From contig OZ245049.1 of NCBI GenBank assembly GCA_965224465.1, positions 2,130,001 through 2,162,000 of the forward strand: DNA of 32,000 nt. Reading direction: 5' to 3'. The stretch's first letter is position 1, and every line of letters begins with the position of its first letter. A model generated the notes under the pieces. That model did not search any database, was not told the DNA's origin, and saw nothing but the letters and a program-made list of their open reading frames with translations. The position numbers and the translations under genes were made by a program. Of the stretch, positions 26,002-32,000 are shown piece after piece. This DNA comes from Flavobacteriaceae bacterium. GTDB lineage: Bacteria > Bacteroidota > Bacteroidia > Flavobacteriales > Flavobacteriaceae.

Positions 26002-26176
26002 CCAATAAGGAGAAGGAAAATGCATCTGTATCCAGAACATGTAAAAAACCACAACATTATTGCTGTGGTTTTATTGTTTCACAAAAGCCTGCTTAACCAT
26101 TACACTTAATAGCTGTGTGGCTTAACGTTGACAACACACGATAAAACACGTTAACGACGACGGTTATTCGTGCGCC
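26002..26176. repeat. repeat R, copy 4
   Basis: See copy 1. Has the best-formed hairpin: AAAACCACAAC-ATTATT-GCTGTGGTTTT. Confidence 0.8.
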
Positions 26177-26194
26177 AGCTGGGTTTTCTTTTTA

Positions 26195-26597
26195 TTATTG
26201 TTTATTTATAGACTCTTTATACTTATTAGTTAGCAAAATAAAATATTCTGAAACATCAAGAGGTAAATTAGAACCTGGCTCAAACACCCATACTGTTTGC
26301 TTATCTTTATAATCAAATATAAATTTAAAATCTATACCATCAATACACACTCCATATCCATATTTTTCATTTTTGCTACGAATAATATTAGGTGAGTTTA
26401 TAAGCTTAATATATTCATCCTTGTTTATATTTATAGAATTACCAAATGCATAAATTGTATCAGATTTTATTGTGTAAATCTCTTGTTCTCCTCTTAAAGA
26501 AATCAAATAGCATTTTATGCTCATTGGGTGAATATTTTGTTTTTTTTCTTGTGATTGGCAAGAGGATATAATTAAAAAAATGATTAAGAGTAGTGCT
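26195..26597 (-). CDS. small lipoprotein-like orphan immunity candidate lacking a canonical start codon
   Basis: The track ORF is 26195..26524 (109 aa). The same frame stays open upstream to 26597 and encodes FIKALLLIIFLIISSCQS, a signal peptide plus lipobox, with no ATG/GTG/TTG. Confidence 0.5.
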
Positions 26598-26660
26598 TTA
26601 ATAAATTAAGCTTCTGTCAGTTCTTAAAATGCCCCATTGCCATTTGAAAAAATTATTGAT
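26598..26660 (-). pseudogene. remnant of a metallopeptidase-toxin 3' end (NNFFKWQWGILRTDRSLIY*)
   Basis: 17 of 20 residues identical to the C-terminus of ORF 27131..27601. Overlaps the stop of the 158-aa lipoprotein gene. Confidence 0.7.
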
Positions 26661-27129
26661 CTTCATCTAATTTAGCAACAATATTCCATACCAAATCACT
26701 GTAATTTTTCATATAGCCAGGAAGTCCTCCTGAAGCTAAATAGAGAACGTCTTTATTATTATAATGTACAGAAATTGTCCAATCTGGAACATCTACATCA
26801 ACTGTTGTGTGTCCAATATTTATTTTATCCCCTATTTCGTTTGGGAAAGAATCTATCAATACTTTTGCTAATAAGTATTCTTGGTGTTTTATTTTTTTTA
26901 GTTTTCCATTAATAAAATAAGACAGGGTCTTATTTGTTAGCCTATATTTTCTAGTGAAAAAATATTCTTCAGCAGGATTTTGATTAAAATCTATATATAT
27001 GATTTTTTTTATATTTTCATCCACTTGTTTAGTCGCTATTGTTTCATTAATAATATTCCCTTTCTTTGTTTTCTGAGAATTACAAAAAGTGAATAGTAAT
27101 AAACTAATTATAAAAAATATATTCTTCAT
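26653..27129 (-). CDS. lipoprotein immunity candidate for the metallopeptidase toxin
   Basis: 158 aa. Signal peptide plus lipobox (LFTFC). The ATG is 1 nt after the toxin stop. Confidence 0.65.
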   Translation of the reverse strand: MKNIFFIISLLLFTFCNSQKTKKGNIINETIATKQVDENIKKIIYIDFNQNPAEEYFFTRKYRLTNKTLSYFINGKLKKIKHQEYLLAKVLIDSFPNEIGDKINIGHTTVDVDVPDWTISVHYNNKDVLYLASGGLPGYMKNYSDLVWNIVAKLDEDQ

Positions 27130-27130
27130 T

Positions 27131-27601
27131 TTAATAAGTAAAAATTAAACTTCTATCTGTTCTTAAAATATTCCATTGCCATTTGAAAAAATTATTCATT
27201 TTATCATTCGCTTCAAAAGGATTTCTTGTGTGAACTCCTTTTTGATTGACATAATCCATGATATTATCAGTGAACCCTTTATAAAAAACATGGGGTGATT
27301 TCATGGTGCTTCTAGCTGATGTCTCTTGAAAAACATGTGTTAATGATAATGAATGTGCACCTTCATGTAATACAGTTCTTTTAGCATTTAATGCGGTGCT
27401 ATAAATAACGTAGGAGTTACCCCAAGTAATACTGGTTAAAATACCTGTTGTATTAAAATTGAACTGAGCGGAGCATGAGCCTTGAACTCTAGTACCGCTA
27501 GTTTCAGCTCTAATTGTTGTGTAAAATAAATAGGTTCGCTTATTGGCATTTGTATTTATGCCAGAAACGCTTGGAGCATGTTTGCCAAATTTTTCATACA
27601 A
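27131..27601 (-). CDS. zinc metallopeptidase toxin domain (HExxHxxxxxH) without a delivery domain or a clear start
   Basis: VLHEGAHSLSLTHVF motif. The track start is a TTG. The frame is open upstream to 27709 with no ATG. Looks like a C-terminal toxin module detached from its carrier. Confidence 0.6.
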   Translation of the reverse strand: MYEKFGKHAPSVSGINTNANKRTYLFYTTIRAETSGTRVQGSCSAQFNFNTTGILTSITWGNSYVIYSTALNAKRTVLHEGAHSLSLTHVFQETSARSTMKSPHVFYKGFTDNIMDYVNQKGVHTRNPFEANDKMNNFFKWQWNILRTDRSLIFTY

Positions 27602-27739
27602 AGCAATTAAATCGGCTTTAAAGGAGTCTGAATTTCTCCTGCCAATATTTGAAGAGGAATTAATCGCTAGGTGCTCTAAGCCGTTTTTTCTTTCTTCATT
27701 ATTATTTATTTATCGATTCTTTATATTTATTAATTAGTA

Positions 27740-28252
27740 TTATTCTATAGCGTCCAATTTTCGTTGTATTTCTATATAGTCATCATAAAAAGATTGAATT
27801 TCTTTTGGGAATCCACTTTTTCGTGGTCCTAATTTCCAAAGGATATTTTTTCCATTTCGTAAATTAATACTAACCGAAACCCCTTCTTCATCTAATCCTT
27901 CATAATAATCAAAACTTTGTTTGCCTATCAAATATTTTTTAGGAATTTTTAAAAATATCACTCTACTAGATTCTCTATTCTTATATGATTTAATAATCTT
28001 TGTTTCCGATAATACATTTTTTTTATATACATGTTCAACAAGTGAAATACTATCTAAAAAAATAATTATGCTAACATATCTATACAAATTATAATTTACT
28101 GGCTCTTGTGTGCTGAACCGATTAATAACAATATTATCTATGCTTTCCTGTTGAACACTCATCCTTTCTAATAATATTGATGATTCGTTTTTGACCTTTT
28201 TTCCACAACCATAGAAAAAAAGTAGTAATATTAACAGTATTAAATTTTTCAT
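27740..28252 (-). CDS. lipoprotein immunity candidate, separated from its toxin fragment by IS30
   Basis: 170 aa. Signal peptide plus lipobox (LFFYGC). Confidence 0.6.
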   Translation of the reverse strand: MKNLILLILLLFFYGCGKKVKNESSILLERMSVQQESIDNIVINRFSTQEPVNYNLYRYVSIIIFLDSISLVEHVYKKNVLSETKIIKSYKNRESSRVIFLKIPKKYLIGKQSFDYYEGLDEEGVSVSINLRNGKNILWKLGPRKSGFPKEIQSFYDDYIEIQRKLDAIE

Positions 28253-28255
28253 AAG

Positions 28256-29379
28256 CTGAATTCAAGTCACAAACGCAACTTTTAGTTAAATAATAATTGT
28301 TCCATTACAAATATAGGGTTTTCGTATTTATGTCTCTTCCTAGGTCTGTTATTTAATTTTGTTTCTACCTCTTTGATTCTTTGATCTGTTAGGTTTGTAA
28401 AGTCACTTCCTTTGGCAAAATATTGTCTAATCAAACCATTTAAATTTTCGTTAGATCCTCTTTCCCAAGAGTGATATGGATGCGCAAAAAAGTAATCAAT
28501 ACATAAATTTTCTGCAACCTGCTCATGGCCTGCAAATTCTTTTCCATTATCAGCTGTTATAGTATGTAGATAAGGCTTCCAGTCTTCTAATATTTCATTG
28601 ATAGCTTTAGTGACAACAACTGCTTCTTTAGAGCTTACTTTTTTCATTTTAAGCATTCCAGAAGCTCTATCGTTTACGGTAAGTATGGCTTGATTATGGT
28701 TTTTACCTATGATTAAATCGACCTCTAAATCTCCAAATCGATTTCTTTGTTCAACAACTTCAGGGCGTTGTTCTATACTAATACGATTCTTTATAACCCC
28801 TCTAGAATCCTTTGATGAGCCACGTTTTCTATATCTCCTTCCCTGTCTGCGAAGGTGTGTATGTAAATCACCATCATTCCTCTTGTCTTCCCTAATATGC
28901 TGATATATACGCTCAATAGACACCGTTTCTTTACCTTGTTTTTTTAGGACACCAACTACTTGCTCAGGACTATAATCGTCTCGCAATAACAACTCTATTG
29001 CTTGTTGAATATCTTCTGTAAAGCGTTTTCTTTTAGGCTTTTCTTTATGACGTTTAGCATACTTTTTTTGGGCTAATTCATGCTTGTAAACTCCATTTCT
29101 TTTGTCTGAATTACGCTTAATCTCTTTGCTAATAACAGACTTGTCTTTTCCTATAGCAGCTGCTATCTCAACCTGTTTATAACCTTGTTTTAACATGCAA
29201 CAAATTGTGTATCTTTGCGCTTGGGTGATGTGTTTCATACAACTTCTTTTTTCGAGATTTGAGACCGTAAGATACATATCCATCAAGACAAGAAAGGTAG
29301 GTTTTCCTACTTTTCTGTTTTGAAAATATAACCATCATAGAATCAAATCGAAAAGTTGCGTTTATTAGTTGAATTTAAG
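28256..29379 (-). mobile_element. IS30-family insertion sequence
   Basis: IRs CTGAATTCAAGTCACAAACGCAACTTTT and (reverse complement) CTTAAATTCAACTAATAAACGCAACTTTT. The TSD is too short to verify. Boundaries are good to about 3 nt. Confidence 0.8.
28282..29238 (-). CDS. IS30 family transposase
   Basis: MKHITQAQRYTICCMLKQGYKQVEIAAAIGKDKSVISKEIKRN is a typical IS30 N-terminal HTH, and a DDE core follows. The track start at 29286 is probably too far upstream. Confidence 0.9.
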   Translation of the reverse strand: MKHITQAQRYTICCMLKQGYKQVEIAAAIGKDKSVISKEIKRNSDKRNGVYKHELAQKKYAKRHKEKPKRKRFTEDIQQAIELLLRDDYSPEQVVGVLKKQGKETVSIERIYQHIREDKRNDGDLHTHLRRQGRRYRKRGSSKDSRGVIKNRISIEQRPEVVEQRNRFGDLEVDLIIGKNHNQAILTVNDRASGMLKMKKVSSKEAVVVTKAINEILEDWKPYLHTITADNGKEFAGHEQVAENLCIDYFFAHPYHSWERGSNENLNGLIRQYFAKGSDFTNLTDQRIKEVETKLNNRPRKRHKYENPIFVMEQLLFN

Positions 29380-29391
29380 TAACTTAATTAT

Positions 29392-29610
29392 TTAATAGCT
29401 CGTTATAAGACTTTCATCGTTTCTCATAATATCCCATTGCCATTTGAATAAGGAATACATTTTTCCTTTAAATTTATTATCTCCAGATGAATAATAGCCA
29501 CCACTTGGAGCACTAGCACCAATCTGCCAATCATAATCCATATAATTGTCAGTATAACCACGGTGAAATATATGAGGTGATGATATCCTTAATCTTCCTC
29601 TTGCTTCCAT
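29392..29610 (-). pseudogene. C-terminal fragment of a metallopeptidase toxin paralog
   Basis: SPHIFHRGYTDNYMDY...FKWQWDIMRNDESLITSY aligns with residues ~100-156 of ORF 27131..27601. The HExxH region upstream lies inside repeat R5 and is degenerate (LHAGYTY). Confidence 0.7.
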
Positions 29611-29790
29611 AAAAATGATAAGGAGGAGGGAAATGTATGTATATCCAGCATGTAAAAAATCACAACATTATTGCTGTGGTTTTATTGTTTCACAAAAGCC
29701 TGCTTAACTCACGCTTAATGACTGTGTGGCTTAACGTTAACGACACACGATAAAACACGTTAGCGATGGCGGTTAATCGTGCGACAGCGG
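29611..29790. repeat. repeat R, copy 5
   Basis: See copy 1. Contiguous and in frame with the toxin fragment 29392..29610. Confidence 0.8.
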
Positions 29791-29802
29791 CATTACAAAA
29801 CG

Positions 29803-30228
29803 TCATTTCGGTTTTTTAAAATTTATCCCTGTTGTGAAAAATATTTCAGCCATCTTATTATTTATTTTAAAAGATTTTGTTTTACACACACTATCTTTTC
29901 TAACCCCAAACATTCTAACTTCAGAAAAGGTTTCAATTTCTGAAATTCTATATTTTAGACTATCATTTAAATTTAATTGATAAGTATTATTTGCAAATAA
30001 ATCTTCATCTAATTCAATATTTAAATAATTATACTTGTCTTTTGAAAAATAAATACTTTTAATGTTTATTTTTTTTTGAGGAGTATCTTCAGTTACTTCA
30101 TAAATAGAAGCGTCAAAGCTTTCAATACTTGTCGCTGTTGGAAATCCAAAAATAGTTATCTTATTATTTAAATTAGCATTATTACAAGTTGTAATTGTTT
30201 TTTTACAAGAAATTAAGGCAATAGCTGT
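29803..30228 (-). pseudogene. lipoprotein (immunity-like) gene truncated at its 5' end by IS21
   Basis: Open frame ..TAIALISCKKTITTCNNANL...TTGINFKKPK*, translated by hand and absent from the ORF track because it has no start codon. The lipobox is retained; the signal-peptide start is removed at the IS21 boundary. Confidence 0.6.
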
Positions 30229-30300
30229 TTATATTAACCCAAAAGTATACCACTATTTCAGTCGAAAAGTATACCAGTAAATTTAAATAAAAAAACTGGT

Positions 30301-30348
30301 TTCACAAGACATTAAAAAAAGGGTACCCTTTTTTTAATGTCTTGTGAA
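30301..30348 (-). terminator. perfect 24-bp-arm palindrome downstream of istB (inside IS21)
   Basis: TTCACAAGACATTAAAAAAAGGGT / ACCCTTTTTTTAATGTCTTGTGAA, centred on GGTACC. Confidence 0.55.
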
Positions 30349-30376
30349 GTTGAGTTTTGGATGTTTTTTTTCATTT

Positions 30377-31146
30377 TTAGTTTGTTTTTAGGGCATTCAT
30401 TTCTTTGGTCTCTTTTAGGCGATAAGAGGCTCCATTCATATTTATTAAATGAGCCTTATGTGTGAGACGATCTACTAAAGCGGCAGTTAATATAGGGTCA
30501 CCAAATATTTCTTCCCAATGATCAAAGCCTAAGTTAGTGGTTATAATCGTTGATTTTCGACCTGTTCTTAATGAAAGGTGATTAAAGAGTAGTTCTGCGC
30601 CACTTCTGTCAAAAGAAACGTAGCCAAATTCGTCACATATCACCAAATCGTACTTTTCAAAACGGAGCTCTACTTGCCTTAATGTTCTGTTTGAGTGTGA
30701 CTCCCTCAGTAAGGTTAACAAACGGTGTACTGTTATAAAAAGCACCTTATATCCTTGCATACAAGCTTTTAATCCAAGTCCTGTTGCTATGTGTGTTTTT
30801 CCTGTTCCTGGATTCCCTGCTAGTATTATGTTTTGACCTGATTTTATAAAATCGGGCGTTCTAATATTGGAAGTTTGTCTTTTGCATCTATGGGTAGTTG
30901 TTCTAAATTCAACTCATTTAAATACATTTTTGAAGGAAAACCAGCCTGTCGTATCTGGCTTTTTTTCCTGTTTTCTAACCTTCTTTCATATTCTCTTTCC
31001 ATTAATTGCAGTAAAAATTCTTCATAAGAAGCTCCTGTTTCAGTAGACTCAATGGCGAGTTGTTCAAAGTCTCTTCCAAATATTGGTAAACGAAGATTTT
31101 TACTGTATTGTGCTATTTGTATATGTGTGTTGCTTGTCGTTATCAT
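30377..31146 (-). pseudogene. istB: IS21 helper ATPase IstB, split by a frameshift
   Basis: The N-terminal 100-aa ORF (30844..31146) ends at ...LERPIL*. The Walker A segment FIKSGQNIILAGNPGTGKTHIA lies in the frame of the downstream ORF (30377..30760) and upstream of its ATG. The frame change is near 30845-30860. Confidence 0.75.
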
Positions 31147-32000
31147 GATGATAGGTTTTGATTCATTAAACTGGTTAGTTCATATAAATGACTTTTTGCA
31201 AAATTGTAGGTTTGGTTTTTTGTAAACGCGATCACTTTTTCATCTTCGGTCTTATTCCCTAGTAATGCTTTTATTTTTTCCAAAGTAAGAGCTCCTGAGC
31301 TGCCTTTAGACAGGCGCTCTACAGTGGTTTCTAAATGCTCATTATCTATTTGATATTTCTTGCAAAAGATAAGTAACTCAATAAATTCTTTTGGTTTTTC
31401 TGTGAAAAATTGCACAAATATTTCTTTTAAATAGTCACTATTTAATAAAGCAACACTGTCACGGAGTGCTCCTGGTTTTCGCTTAAAAGTATCTAGATAA
31501 TGCTCAATATTAACAAGCCATTTATGCACTTCATAACTACGAAGATGATTAGCTACATGTTTGTTTACATGGTATATTTCTAATTTTAAACTGTATATTT
31601 TTACAGAAACAAATTCTCCTACTAAGCTGTCGGGTACTGAATATCGATTTTGTAAAAAACCAATCGTAGCGTATTTATCTACTCGATATTCCTTTGTATA
31701 ACAGCACTTAAGTGGATACGGTTGTTTGTGTAAAAAAGGCTTCTCTAAAGAGAAAAGCTCCATCGCTGTTTTTTTTGTAAGCTGTTGTTTCGTGTTATTT
31801 AAGGTGTTTAATGTTTCTAATAAATGAGACTGTGCAGACTCTATGGAGTCAAATTTAGTATCAAAACTAAAAGCTTTTCGCCTTATGTATTCGACACTTC
31901 TCTCCACATGTCCTTTTTCATTTCCTTTACGAACGTTGCAAAAACGATGTCTAAAATTATAATGCCCCTTTAAATCTAACAATGCTTGTGTAGGTTCTTT
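31143..32000 (-). CDS. istA: IS21 family transposase IstA (C-terminal part; 5' end outside the window)
   Basis: The frame is open to the window edge (the track start is a TTG). KGNEKGHVERSVEYIRRKAF is typical of the IstA DDE region. ATGA overlap with istB. Confidence 0.85.
   Translation of the reverse strand, partial: KEPTQALLDLKGHYNFRHRFCNVRKGNEKGHVERSVEYIRRKAFSFDTKFDSIESAQSHLLETLNTLNNTKQQLTKKTAMELFSLEKPFLHKQPYPLKCCYTKEYRVDKYATIGFLQNRYSVPDSLVGEFVSVKIYSLKLEIYHVNKHVANHLRSYEVHKWLVNIEHYLDTFKRKPGALRDSVALLNSDYLKEIFVQFFTEKPKEFIELLIFCKKYQIDNEHLETTVERLSKGSSGALTLEKIKALLGNKTEDEKVIAFTKNQTYNFAKSHLYELTSLMNQNLSS

Larger units (their letters stand above)
30226..32000 (-). mobile_element. IS21-family insertion sequence (partial; continues past the window edge)
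   Basis: istA-istB gene pair. The terminus begins with TG at about 30226 and carries direct subterminal repeats AAAAGTATACCAC (30241) and AAAAGTATACCAG (30265), typical of the multiple IstA binding sites in IS21 ends. Confidence 0.8.

Noticed and set aside
5779-29790. Whether the five R copies could be a CRISPR-like array
   Set aside because: The repeat units are about 180 bp, lie kilobases apart, are separated by genes, and are imperfect. No short regular repeat-spacer periodicity occurs anywhere in the window.

Overview
AT-rich (about 30% GC) window that looks Bacteroidetes/Flavobacteriia-like: TAnnTTTG promoter boxes, many lipoproteins, and a T6SS-iii type TssD. The left edge holds housekeeping genes on the + strand: the M3 peptidase dcp and a CAP-domain lipoprotein. 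From about 7.4 to 30.2 kb nearly all genes are on the - strand and form an IS-riddled interbacterial-antagonism island with three parts. (1) Two near-identical copies of a cassette: TssD/Hcp with a ~85-aa C-terminal extension, then a GH19/COG3179 lysozyme-like effector, then a lipoprotein immunity gene. (2) Three 5'-truncated hcp/extension-2 modules. Each sits directly upstream of an effector that begins with the leader MATVIIKGYPNTKTTIKLPKV (two DUF3289-like toxins, one NodB deacetylase), followed by a cognate immunity candidate. (3) At 24.2-30.2 kb, an array of orphan zinc-metallopeptidase toxin tails, each followed by an unrelated lipoprotein immunity candidate. A ~180-bp repeat (R, 5 copies in the window) punctuates the island. 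Six IS families are present (IS66, IS256 x2 plus a remnant, ISL3, IS30 plus a remnant, IS21). Four insertions have readable target-site duplications, so the interrupted genes can be rebuilt by eye. No rRNA, tRNA or CRISPR array was seen. All domain calls rest on motifs read by eye, not on searches.
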